Shown here one piece after another: positions 45,239-54,481 of a DNA stretch of 64,000 nt. Numbering within the stretch: position 1 is the stretch's first letter; the number at the start of each line of letters is the position of its first letter. The stretch is taken from contig CAYVGC010000002.1 of the NCBI GenBank assembly GCA_964449815.1, positions 7 through 64,006 on the forward strand. The letters run 5' to 3'. Under the pieces are notes generated by a model. That model searched no databases. It was not told the origin of the DNA and saw only the letters and a list, made by a program, of their open reading frames with translations. A program made the position numbers and the translations under genes. This DNA is from an uncultured Bifidobacteriaceae bacterium. Lineage in GTDB: Bacteria > Verrucomicrobiota > Verrucomicrobiia > Limisphaerales > UBA11358.

Positions 45239-46216
45239 ATGAAACGACACCTTGCCTTCGCCGTCATCGCCGCTGCATTTATTCTGCCCCTTCGCGCTTC
45301 TGAAATTCGCGTCAGCTTGCTAAACGACGCTGCCGTGCTGAATGAAACCGCAGAACTGTTGCTCCAGAACGGCAGTTCATCTGAGTCGGTTGAAGCCTTT
45401 CGGAAAGCGGTCCACTTCCATAAAACCGAATTGTTTGATACGTCCAAGTTCCCCAAAAAGGCGGGTGGGTTTTACTATTTCAAGAATGTGGACGAGTTGA
45501 ACAAGGCGATTCCTGACCCGTTTTGCAAGAACACCACCACGAACGATCTGGCGTATAACTCGCTCGAGTGTCTGGATGTTGTGGTTCTTCTGACCAAAGA
45601 CGCAGGCGCAAAGGCATCACAACTTCAAGATGATTTTGCAACCAAGAATTTTGCCAAACAGAAAAATCGTGGAAGCAAAGAGAACCCTGATTACGTCATC
45701 AATCCCGTGACTTCGTATTCGTTCTACCAAAATGGACGCACATTGCTATATCCGACTAACGGCTACACTTGGATTACCGGATTGACCAGAACTGTAGGTG
45801 AAGTGGATTTGGCCGTAAGCCTGAAAGGGGAGCGGCTGCTTCCGGGAAAGTTTGAAGACACCGACCCGGCAATCCGAAAACTTTTTGCCATCTGGAACAC
45901 GCTTCGCAAAAAGGACGGCCTGACATTTCCTAAAAAAATTAAAATTGTCTCCTGCGGTTATATTCCGATGCGTTTCCAGTATTGGGGAATTGATCATGTG
46001 GCCATCTTCATAAAAAACCACGGGAAGCTTGTCTATCTGGAAAAAAACGGGGTGAGCGGGCCATTTCTGCGTGTTGATTTCAATGACGAAAAAGAACTTG
46101 GCGAGTTCGTTGCCAACAAACTGTTGCCAGAATCGCGAAACCCAAAGGAAATCAATTTCGGCGCGCCGGTTTTTGTTTCAATCAATGATCGGTTGATCCG
46201 TATTGAGCGTCCGTAG
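45239..46216 (+). CDS. secreted hypothetical protein, possibly DUF4300-like
   Basis: Signal peptide MKRHLAFAVIAAAFILPLRA. Visibly AT-richer than both flanks. From memory only, there is a loose resemblance to DUF4300 (the NSLECLDVV and GIDHVAIFIKNHGKLVYLEKNG segments). Confidence 0.5.
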   Translation: MKRHLAFAVIAAAFILPLRASEIRVSLLNDAAVLNETAELLLQNGSSSESVEAFRKAVHFHKTELFDTSKFPKKAGGFYYFKNVDELNKAIPDPFCKNTTTNDLAYNSLECLDVVVLLTKDAGAKASQLQDDFATKNFAKQKNRGSKENPDYVINPVTSYSFYQNGRTLLYPTNGYTWITGLTRTVGEVDLAVSLKGERLLPGKFEDTDPAIRKLFAIWNTLRKKDGLTFPKKIKIVSCGYIPMRFQYWGIDHVAIFIKNHGKLVYLEKNGVSGPFLRVDFNDEKELGEFVANKLLPESRNPKEINFGAPVFVSINDRLIRIERP

Positions 46217-46250
46217 TTCAACACCAACTCGATTGCGGCCAGAGTTACGC

Positions 46251-47804
46251 TCACGAACCGGGCGGCGGCGGGAATTCCAGCCCGAATTTTTTCGCCATCT
46301 CCATCCCGCGCGGGATGTCCTGCGGTGGGTGCGGGTCTTGGCAGACGGCCATCATCGTGCCATCCGGGAATCCCAACGGGATTCTGGCCCAAGCCGCCGG
46401 TGAGGATTGCGAGGCGAATATGACATTGGCGAGAACATGTGTAGTGACCGACTGCGGAATGATCTCGGAAGTGAACTTATGGCCGGCCACGCTTATGGTG
46501 CCGAGGTTGGACAAGTTTTCGCCCGGTGAGGTCCGATAACGGGTCACGCAAGCCGGCAGTCCGCTGAACGCGCTCAAGTCACAAGCCAGGTTGTAACTGT
46601 TGGTGCTGTTGTTGACCGTCACGATCACCAGCGCGTGGCTGGCTGGATTGTAAGCGGCCAGAGAGTTGTTGTCGCCGATGTTGATGATTTGAAAGCCGGG
46701 CCGGATGAATTCGCTGAACTGGCCCATGACATAAAACTTCTTGTTGATGACGTAACTGGTGTTGCCGCCGCCATTGAGCGCATTTCTGAGCATGCCCCAG
46801 CCGCCGGCGGTGTCCACGAACTGCCAGTAAACCCAGGCGCGGACCCGGGTGCCGGTGAGGTCGTCGCGGATGCGCCGGGCCATGGTCATGCCGCTGGCGT
46901 CGCCATCGCCGTATTCGGAAACCCACGCGGGCTTGCGCAGGGTGGCGGCGAGCTTGCGAAAGCCGGCCGGGTTGTTCGCGCCGTAGGTGTGGCTCGCGAT
47001 CACCGACACGCTGCCGGCGGCGGAGCCGTAGGCGTTGATTGAATTGAGGGTGTCCTGCTCATCGTTGTCCTCGGAAGCATCAATGCCGGCGGCGAGGTTT
47101 TGAGAATTCAAGGCGGTGCGCAGGTCGCTGACGACGCGCGCCTGCTGGTCCGCACTGATGTGGCAGCCTTCCTGCGAGCCGCCGCAAACCCACCAGGACG
47201 CGGTCGGCTCATTGACCGGCGTGACAAGGTCAAACTTGATGCCGTCCAGCACGGTCAGATTGCTGACCACGGTGGCGAGATAGATGGCAAAGGCATTTTC
47301 ATAACCGGTTTGCAGATTGTTGCTGGTGCCGTTCGTCGAACCCGTGACGCTGCCGCTGACGGTCATCCACCACGGCGGCGAGTTGGCGAAAGCGACCACC
47401 TGATTTGCCCCGAGCGCCACGGCCTGTTTCAAAATCCAGCGCTGGTTGGCATCGGCGTTCCAGTTCCACACGCCGTTGGCTGGCTCAAAGCCGGGCATTC
47501 GCGCACGGTATTGCATCGTGTTGACAATGTCCGGATTCTCGCCGCCGCCGATGTTGTAGCGGACCACATTTAATTTAAGCTGGCTGAATGCCATGCTGGC
47601 ATAGGTCGTGCGGTTGGCATATCCACCGACAACATTCCCCCACCACGCAAGGGAAGTGCCCCAGCCCTGGAAATTGTCAACCAGCACGAGACCGGGGTTC
47701 ACGACGGCGGTGGTTTGGGACAGGCCAGTCTGGACCAACCCCGCCAGGCCGGCTGTTAGTGCCAGATAAAAGAAGCGGCCCAGGCTTATTTTGGCAGTTT
47801 TCAT
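46251..47804 (-). CDS. glycoside hydrolase family 30 (beta-1,6-galactanase/glucanase-like)
   Basis: Signal peptide, FQGWGTSLAWWGN, VNEP, and WVSEYG as the second catalytic Glu context. Confidence 0.75.
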   Translation of the reverse strand: MKTAKISLGRFFYLALTAGLAGLVQTGLSQTTAVVNPGLVLVDNFQGWGTSLAWWGNVVGGYANRTTYASMAFSQLKLNVVRYNIGGGENPDIVNTMQYRARMPGFEPANGVWNWNADANQRWILKQAVALGANQVVAFANSPPWWMTVSGSVTGSTNGTSNNLQTGYENAFAIYLATVVSNLTVLDGIKFDLVTPVNEPTASWWVCGGSQEGCHISADQQARVVSDLRTALNSQNLAAGIDASEDNDEQDTLNSINAYGSAAGSVSVIASHTYGANNPAGFRKLAATLRKPAWVSEYGDGDASGMTMARRIRDDLTGTRVRAWVYWQFVDTAGGWGMLRNALNGGGNTSYVINKKFYVMGQFSEFIRPGFQIINIGDNNSLAAYNPASHALVIVTVNNSTNSYNLACDLSAFSGLPACVTRYRTSPGENLSNLGTISVAGHKFTSEIIPQSVTTHVLANVIFASQSSPAAWARIPLGFPDGTMMAVCQDPHPPQDIPRGMEMAKKFGLEFPPPPGS

Positions 47805-48056
47805 TCAACACTTGTCACCATTGTCTCCGGCCGGTTTGCATTGATGGACATTACAATTATTGCATTCATAAATCCACCCCGTAATGGGCGATTCTGCCGG
47901 CGACACACAAAAACGACCGCGCCAGAATTATGCTTCGTTTTGCCGTTTGGGGTAGGCGAACCATCCTTGGTCGGCAGGGTTCGCGCCTGGCTGTGTTCAG
48001 ACGAAACCGCCCGCCGCCCGATGTTTTTTTGAAAGCAACGGACAGTCCTGAATGCC

Positions 48057-48086
48057 AAACGACCGCAGCGTCGGCTGCGGTCGTTT
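48057..48086. terminator. perfect 12-bp hairpin downstream of the DUF1559 gene
   Basis: aaacgaccgcag-cgtcgg-ctgcggtcgttt, 20 nt beyond the stop at 48106. Confidence 0.6.
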
Positions 48087-48105
48087 GTTGCGAGCTTGGT
48101 TGAAA

Positions 48106-48972
48106 CTATTGGGATGGATCAAGCTGTGAGGCGGCGGCACTGAAAGCCCAAGTAGGGACGTTGTCGCCTTCCGTGCCATCGTGCGACAGATCGTCGTTGT
48201 TCCACCGCCGCCGCCAGGTGCTGTCGGTTGGGCTTACGGGACCGCCATTATTCGGAGTCACCCGCTTGGTGGTTTCAACGTGAGCATCGGCGAAGAGAAA
48301 ATCAATGCTGTAGTTATGCCGGTTGGAGGGCCATTGGGTGTGGCCAAAATCTTCGGCGGTGGGATCGAGGTTGGCCGAGAACGCATTGGCAAGCAGGCCT
48401 GCGACTTCGGATGATTTTACATCGCCCATGGCAATCATATCGGACGGTCTTCTGATGTTGCTGTCTTTAACCGGACCATGATAAAAATTATTGTTATTGT
48501 TTACGTCACCGCCCAAGCCAAGCTGCGGGGTGTGTTGCAGATACAATCCCCAATCGTTGTAACCAATTGAAAACCGTGATGACGGCGTGACCGTCCAAGC
48601 ACTATAAACGTTGTCTTCGCCGTTACCGCCGAGGGTGTGGTTATTATTGGTATCCCACATGGCATCTGCAAATGCAGCCGGACAAGAAAAAGCATTCCGA
48701 TTCTTTCCCATCAAAGAATAAAGCCGGGTCATCCACACATAGCAATTGGGGGGCGCATAATCTCCCGGATATTGCTGGAAATCGCCCAAATACATCACCA
48801 GCGCAAGGCCAAGCTCTTTGTTGTTGTTCATGCACGAGGCCTGCTTGGCCTTGGCCTTGGCCCTGGCCAGCGCCGGCAGCAGCATGGCCGCCAGAATGGC
48901 GATGATGGCGATGACCACCAGCAGCTCAATCAGCGTGAAGGCGTTTTTGCCTGAATTGTTTTTAAGCTTCAT
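48106..48972 (-). CDS. prepilin-type N-terminal cleavage/methylation domain protein, DUF1559 (H-X9-DG) family
   Basis: [29 protein letters not shown] and C-terminal [16 protein letters not shown]. Confidence 0.85.
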   Translation of the reverse strand: MKLKNNSGKNAFTLIELLVVIAIIAILAAMLLPALARAKAKAKQASCMNNNKELGLALVMYLGDFQQYPGDYAPPNCYVWMTRLYSLMGKNRNAFSCPAAFADAMWDTNNNHTLGGNGEDNVYSAWTVTPSSRFSIGYNDWGLYLQHTPQLGLGGDVNNNNNFYHGPVKDSNIRRPSDMIAMGDVKSSEVAGLLANAFSANLDPTAEDFGHTQWPSNRHNYSIDFLFADAHVETTKRVTPNNGGPVSPTDSTWRRRWNNDDLSHDGTEGDNVPTWAFSAAASQLDPSQ

Positions 48973-48993
48973 TGGGAAATGTTTGAGGATGGA

Positions 48994-49368
48994 TTAACGG
49001 GTTTTGGATTTTCGGTCGTTCAGCACCGCCTGGATGGCGGCGGGGTCGTTTTTTTCGGCGGCCTTCATCAAACGCTCGCCAAAGGCGTCGTGTTCCGCGT
49101 TGAGCGCCTGTGTCTGTGCGTCGCTCAAAATCATTTTCTGGAGGCCGGCCAGCGAAGCTTCGGCCGTCACATAGTCATTGGCCTTGTCGGCGGCCAGGGC
49201 CTTGTCCCAGGCCTGCTTGACCTCCGGCGGGGCGCTGTCAAAAGCGCTGCTTTGAGCCGGGGTGATCGTGGCGGTCTTCTGGCCGCAGCCGGCAACCAGC
49301 AGCACCGCGCCGGCGAGGCAGGCGGCGGGCCAGGCCGGGGTGAAAATCTTTGATGTAAACTTTTTCAT
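48994..49368 (-). CDS. small lipoprotein, hypothetical
   Basis: Lipobox LLVAGC followed by a helical Ala/Lys-rich body. ATG 49368 is chosen over GTG 49383. Confidence 0.55.
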   Translation of the reverse strand: MKKFTSKIFTPAWPAACLAGAVLLVAGCGQKTATITPAQSSAFDSAPPEVKQAWDKALAADKANDYVTAEASLAGLQKMILSDAQTQALNAEHDAFGERLMKAAEKNDPAAIQAVLNDRKSKTR

Positions 49369-49485
49369 TTTATGTTTTGTCACGGCCGGTAAAATTGAAC
49401 TGACGGGCCGGCCCTGACGTCAAGTGGTCATTGGTTGTTGAATCTGGTTGACTTGTTTTATGATTAACCAGGTTGGCCGAAACGT

Positions 49486-49548
49486 CATGTGGCATGAAAT
49501 GGCCACAAGCCTTGCCCGCCCGGTGCTGTGGCCGATTCATGCCACATG
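49486..49548. promoter_or_regulatory. long imperfect palindrome in a divergent promoter region
   Basis: catgtggcatgaa-at-ggccaca ... tgtggcc-ga-ttcatgccacatg, with 20 paired positions and a 19-nt loop. Confidence 0.35.
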
Positions 49549-49691
49549 CCGGCCTTGGGCGTCCTGGCTATTCTTCTGGTCTCACATTGGACCAGCACCG
49601 GCGGTGATGTGTCGAATGCCAGTCTGAAGCGGGATTTATCCGAACCCCAATCAGCCGGCAAACCAGAGCAGCAAATTTGCAACCGAACTTT

Positions 49692-52238
49692 ATGAAAAAA
49701 ATCATCCTGTTGGCCACGGCAGGTCTCGTGGCTTTAACCAGCGTCGCGCAATCGTTCCGTCCGCCGGCCGTGCCGCTGGTGACGTTCGATCCCTACCTGA
49801 GCATCTGGTCGTGCGCCGACCGGCTCACGGATCGCAACACCCAGCACTGGACGAAGCATGAACATTCCCTGGTGAGCCTGATCCGGGTGGACGGCCAGGT
49901 TTTCCGGCTCATGGGCGATGATCCGACCAACGTGCCGCCGCTGCCGCAAGCGAACCTGACGGTCACGCCGACGCGCAGCATTTACGAGTTTGAAGGCGCG
50001 AATGTCCACGTCACGCTGACTTTCATGACCCCGGCGTTGCCGCAGGATTTGGACGCGCTGTCATTGCCGCTGAACTTCATCACCTGGCAGGTCAGTTCGG
50101 TGGACGGCAAGAACCACGCCGTCTCGCTTTACGACAGCACCAGCTCGGAACTCGTGGTCAACCGGACCAGTGAGAAAGTGGATTGGGCGCGGGAAAAAGC
50201 GGGCAGGCTGACCGCGTTGCGCGTCGGCACCGTGGAACAGCCGGTGGTGGGTTCCGCCGGCGACGACCACCGCATCAACTGGGGTTATGCCTACGCCGCC
50301 GCGCCCGCCGGCCAGGCCAGCGCCGCGATCGGCGCGGATGAAACTTTGATCAGCGCGTTTCTGGCTGACGGCCGGTTGCCTGCGCAGGACGACCCGGCGA
50401 TGCCGCGCGCGGTGAATGATGAACAGCCCGTGATGGCCTTTGTTTTTGATCTCGGCAGCGTGTCCGCCGCGCCGGTGACGCGGCAGGTGATCGTCGCCTA
50501 CGACGAAATCGTGGCGATCAAGTATTTTGGCAAAAAGCTGCTGCCGTATTGGAAGCGCAATGGCGCGACGGCAACCGGGATGCTGCAAAAGGCGTCGCGC
50601 GAATATCCGCAGCTCGCGCAACGCTGCGCCAAATTCGATGCGGACCTGACCGCCGATGCGACGAAAGCCGGTGGTGCAAAATACGCGCAGATATGCGCCC
50701 TGGCTTACCGCCAATGTGTCGCTGCGTGCGGCCTCGCCGCCGATGCGAACAAGCAGCCGCTGTTTTTCACCAAGGAAAACACCAGCAACGGCGACATCGG
50801 CACGGTGGACGTGTTTTTCCCGATGGACCCGCAATGGGTTTTGCTGAGCCCCACCTTGGCGAAAGCCACGCTGGTGCCGATTTTGAGTTACGCGAACTCG
50901 TGGCACTGGAAATTTCCGAACGCGCCGCATGATCTCGGCACCTATCCGATTGCGCGCGGCACGGACGACGGTGGCGAAGGCATGCCGGTTGAGGAGAGCG
51001 GCAACATGCTGATTCTGTGCGACGCGGTTTCGCAAATCACCGGCGATTCAACCTGGCTGACGCCGTGGTGGCCGAAGCTGACGCAGTGGGCAAAATATCT
51101 GGAGCAATACGGCCTTGATCCCGAAGAACAACTTTGCACGGACGATTTCATGGGCCATCTCGCGCACAACGCAAATCTGTCGGTAAAGGCCATTCTCGGT
51201 CTGGCGGCCTACGGCGATCTTTGCAAAATGCGCGGCGACCAGGAAAACGCGGAGAAGTATGCGCAGCTCGCAAAAGTGGACGCGGCGCATTGGGTGAAAG
51301 TGGCCGCCGATGGCGATCATTTCCGGCTCGCTTTCGACAAGCCGAACACTTGGAGCCAGAAATATAATCTGGTCTGGGATCGCATTCTCGGACTGGATGT
51401 TTTCCCGCCGTCCGTGGCGCAGATGGAAGTGGCGCATTATAAAAAAGTTATGCAGCGCTACGGCTTGCCGCTGGATTCGCGCACGCATTTGACGAAGAGC
51501 GACTGGTCAGTCTGGAGCGCTTCGCTGGCCGACAACCAGGCCGATTTTGAAGCGATCATTTCGCCGATGTATGATTACCTCAACGCCACCACCGCGCGTT
51601 CGCCGTTCATGGACTCCTATGTGACCGACGATGTTCACAGCGACGGCATGCACGCGCGCCCGGTCATCGGCGGCGTGTTCATCAAAATGCTCACTGACCG
51701 TGCGATTTGGAAAAAGTGGGCCAGCGCCGACAAGACGAAAGCCGGCAACTGGGCGCCGCTGCCGGAATTGCCGAAAGTCACCGAGGTCATTCCCACGGCG
51801 AAGACCGCGCCGGCCAAATGGCGTTACACCACGCAGAAACCGGCGGCGAACTGGACCGCGCCGGACTTTAATGCCAGCGCCTGGTCAGAAGGACTGTCCA
51901 GCTTCGCCACGGCCGGCACGCCCGGTGCCGTTCGGAACACGGAATGGCACACGGACGACATCTGGCTGCGGCGCGAAGTCACCCTGCCGGAAAAAACTTA
52001 CTCCGACCTCCAGTTCTACGCGGCGCACGATGAAGACGTGGAGATTTACGTCAACGGAATCCTCGCCTCGTCGGAACCCGGTTTTACTTCCAGCTATGTG
52101 CCCCTGGACATCCGGCCGGCGGCGCTGGCGCTGCTCAAACCCGGCGCAACGGTCCTGGTGGCCGTGCATTGCCATCAGACTGAAGGCGGACAAAACATTG
52201 ACGTCGGCCTGGTGAGCGTCGAGGAAGCGAAGAAGTAA
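49692..52238 (+). CDS. glutaminase-A-like (DUF4964/DUF5127/DUF4965/DUF1793) putative glycoside hydrolase with C-terminal galactose-binding-like domain
   Basis: Signal peptide, then FRPPAVPLVTFDPYLSIWSCADRLTDRNTQHWT, the typical family N-terminus. 848 aa. Confidence 0.7.
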   Translation: MKKIILLATAGLVALTSVAQSFRPPAVPLVTFDPYLSIWSCADRLTDRNTQHWTKHEHSLVSLIRVDGQVFRLMGDDPTNVPPLPQANLTVTPTRSIYEFEGANVHVTLTFMTPALPQDLDALSLPLNFITWQVSSVDGKNHAVSLYDSTSSELVVNRTSEKVDWAREKAGRLTALRVGTVEQPVVGSAGDDHRINWGYAYAAAPAGQASAAIGADETLISAFLADGRLPAQDDPAMPRAVNDEQPVMAFVFDLGSVSAAPVTRQVIVAYDEIVAIKYFGKKLLPYWKRNGATATGMLQKASREYPQLAQRCAKFDADLTADATKAGGAKYAQICALAYRQCVAACGLAADANKQPLFFTKENTSNGDIGTVDVFFPMDPQWVLLSPTLAKATLVPILSYANSWHWKFPNAPHDLGTYPIARGTDDGGEGMPVEESGNMLILCDAVSQITGDSTWLTPWWPKLTQWAKYLEQYGLDPEEQLCTDDFMGHLAHNANLSVKAILGLAAYGDLCKMRGDQENAEKYAQLAKVDAAHWVKVAADGDHFRLAFDKPNTWSQKYNLVWDRILGLDVFPPSVAQMEVAHYKKVMQRYGLPLDSRTHLTKSDWSVWSASLADNQADFEAIISPMYDYLNATTARSPFMDSYVTDDVHSDGMHARPVIGGVFIKMLTDRAIWKKWASADKTKAGNWAPLPELPKVTEVIPTAKTAPAKWRYTTQKPAANWTAPDFNASAWSEGLSSFATAGTPGAVRNTEWHTDDIWLRREVTLPEKTYSDLQFYAAHDEDVEIYVNGILASSEPGFTSSYVPLDIRPAALALLKPGATVLVAVHCHQTEGGQNIDVGLVSVEEAKK

Positions 52239-52405
52239 ATTCCGGTCAAAGCGTGTCCTGCATTCACAGCAACGGGCGGTTTGCGTTGGCGCAAACCGCC
52301 TTTTCCACATCTGCTTCAAAATTTTCTGGCGGAAAGGATTCCGCACCAGGCCCGGTCCTCAAAACCGGAATAGACAAAGCCGCTGATGTCATTAGTATAA
52401 TTCCA

Positions 52406-54472
52406 ATGAAATCCTCGCATCCCATTCTCGCAAGTTCTGGAGTTCGTTCACTGAGCGGCAAGTTCACGAAAATTTTAACCTGCCTGCGAACGAGATTGTT
52501 GTTCGCGGCATGGTTGATTTTTGCCGTATTGCCAGCGGCCGGAGCCGCCGCAGAACATCCCTTTCTTCACCCGCTGTTTTGCGATCATGCCGTGCTGCAG
52601 CGCGGTGTGGCCGTGCCGGTCTGGGGCTGGAGCCAGCCGGGATCAAAAGTGGAGGTGACCTTCGCCGGACAAAACCGGACGGCCGTGGCCGACTCAGCCG
52701 GAAAGTGGCTGGTGAAACTCAAATCCATGCCCGCCTCGTCCGCGCCGCGAACCTTGTCGGTCACCAATGCGACAACGCATGAATCGGCGGTGATCAACGA
52801 CGTGCTCATCGGCGACGTGTGGCTGTGTTCCGGGCAGTCGAACATGGAAATGGGCGTGATGGTCTGCAATGCGACGAATGACATTGCCACCGCCAATTTT
52901 CCACAGATTCGTTTGCTGACGGTGCCCCGGTGCATCGCCACGGCGCCGGTGGAAACGACGACCTGCCGCTGGCTGCCGTGCAGCCCAGATAATATCAAAC
53001 AAGGATTGTGGGGCGGCTTTTCGGCGGCGGGATTTTTTTTCGGCCGTGAATTGAATCGTGAACTGGATGTTCCCATCGGCCTCATCCACAGTTCCTGGGG
53101 CGGCACCGTGGCCGAAGCCTGGACCAGCGCGGAAGGACTTGCGCCGCTGGGCGATTTCAACGAAGCAATCAAAAACATGCGCGACAGCGCGAACGGCGCC
53201 CCCAAGGCTGATTACCTGGAGGTTTATGAAACGTGGTGCCGGCAAAAAGATCCCGGCACACAACAAGGCTGGGCGAAGGGAACGGGCGTGGACGCCGCGT
53301 GGAAATCCGTGCAAATGCCCCAGCCTTTCCAGCAAGCCGGACTGCCGGGATTTAATGGCATGGTTTGGTTCCAGCGGGAATTTGATTTGCCGGCGGACTG
53401 GGCCGGCAAGGATTTGAAGCTCGATCTTGGTCCGGTAGATGATTTTGACACGACGTGGATCAACGGCGTGAAAGTGGGTCAGATGAACCGTTACGATCTT
53501 TTCCGCTCTTACACGGTTCCGGCGGGCGCACTGAAGCCGGGCAAAAACGTCCTCACCATTCGCGTGATGGACACAGGCGGCATCGGCGGACTCACCGCGC
53601 AGCCGGACCAGATGAAGCTCGCACCGGTGGGCGACCAGCAGACCGCGCCCATTTCGTTGGCGGGCATCTGGCAGATGCGCGACTCGGCTCCGCTGGCGCG
53701 ATTGGGTTCGCCGCCGCCGCCGCCGGATGAAAATAATCCCAACGTCGTGACCGTGCTTTACAACGGCATGATCGCGCCGTTGCTGCCGTTTGCGATCAAA
53801 GGCGCAATCTGGTATCAGGGCGAATCAAACGCCGACCGCGCCGGACAATATCGCCGCCTGCTGCCGGCGATGATCGGTGACTGGCGGGCACGATTCGGCG
53901 TCGGCGATTTTCCTTTTTACATTGTGCAGCTCGCCGCGTTTCAAGCGACCAATGCCGAGCCGCGCGAAAACAGTTGGGCAGAATTGCGCGAGGCCCAGGC
54001 GCTGACCGCGAAGAATGTTCCTAATTGCGGGCTGGCGCTGGCCATTGACATTGGCAATGCTGCGGACATTCATCCGAAGAACAAACAGGAGGTCGGACGC
54101 CGGCTGGCACTGAATGCGCTGGCGAAAACTTACGGGAAGAAGGTTGAATATTCGGGACCTTGGTATCGTTCCATGAAGGTGGACGGTGACAAGATTCGAC
54201 TGAGTTTCGACCATGTGGACGGCGGCCTCGTTGCCAGAGATGGAAAACTTGCCGGTTTTGCCATCGCTGGTGAGGATCATAAATTCGTCTGGGCTGACGC
54301 GGTGATTGATGGCCAGACCATTGTCGTGTCATCGCCGGACGTTTCCCAGCCGGCGGCCGTGCGCTATGCGTGGGACATCAACCCGGTCTGCAATCTTTAC
54401 AACCAGGCGGGCCTGCCGGCGGTGCCGTTCCGCACCGACAACTGGCCGATGATCACCGAAAAATCAAAGTAG
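52406..54472 (+). CDS. sialate O-acetylesterase-like (SASA/SGNH-type) carbohydrate esterase
   Basis: LFCDHAVLQRG..VWGW...GDVWLCSGQSNME and FAIKGAIWYQGESN. ATG 52406 is chosen within the longer track ORF. Confidence 0.8.
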   Translation: MKSSHPILASSGVRSLSGKFTKILTCLRTRLLFAAWLIFAVLPAAGAAAEHPFLHPLFCDHAVLQRGVAVPVWGWSQPGSKVEVTFAGQNRTAVADSAGKWLVKLKSMPASSAPRTLSVTNATTHESAVINDVLIGDVWLCSGQSNMEMGVMVCNATNDIATANFPQIRLLTVPRCIATAPVETTTCRWLPCSPDNIKQGLWGGFSAAGFFFGRELNRELDVPIGLIHSSWGGTVAEAWTSAEGLAPLGDFNEAIKNMRDSANGAPKADYLEVYETWCRQKDPGTQQGWAKGTGVDAAWKSVQMPQPFQQAGLPGFNGMVWFQREFDLPADWAGKDLKLDLGPVDDFDTTWINGVKVGQMNRYDLFRSYTVPAGALKPGKNVLTIRVMDTGGIGGLTAQPDQMKLAPVGDQQTAPISLAGIWQMRDSAPLARLGSPPPPPDENNPNVVTVLYNGMIAPLLPFAIKGAIWYQGESNADRAGQYRRLLPAMIGDWRARFGVGDFPFYIVQLAAFQATNAEPRENSWAELREAQALTAKNVPNCGLALAIDIGNAADIHPKNKQEVGRRLALNALAKTYGKKVEYSGPWYRSMKVDGDKIRLSFDHVDGGLVARDGKLAGFAIAGEDHKFVWADAVIDGQTIVVSSPDVSQPAAVRYAWDINPVCNLYNQAGLPAVPFRTDNWPMITEKSK

Positions 54473-54481
54473 CGAACGCGT

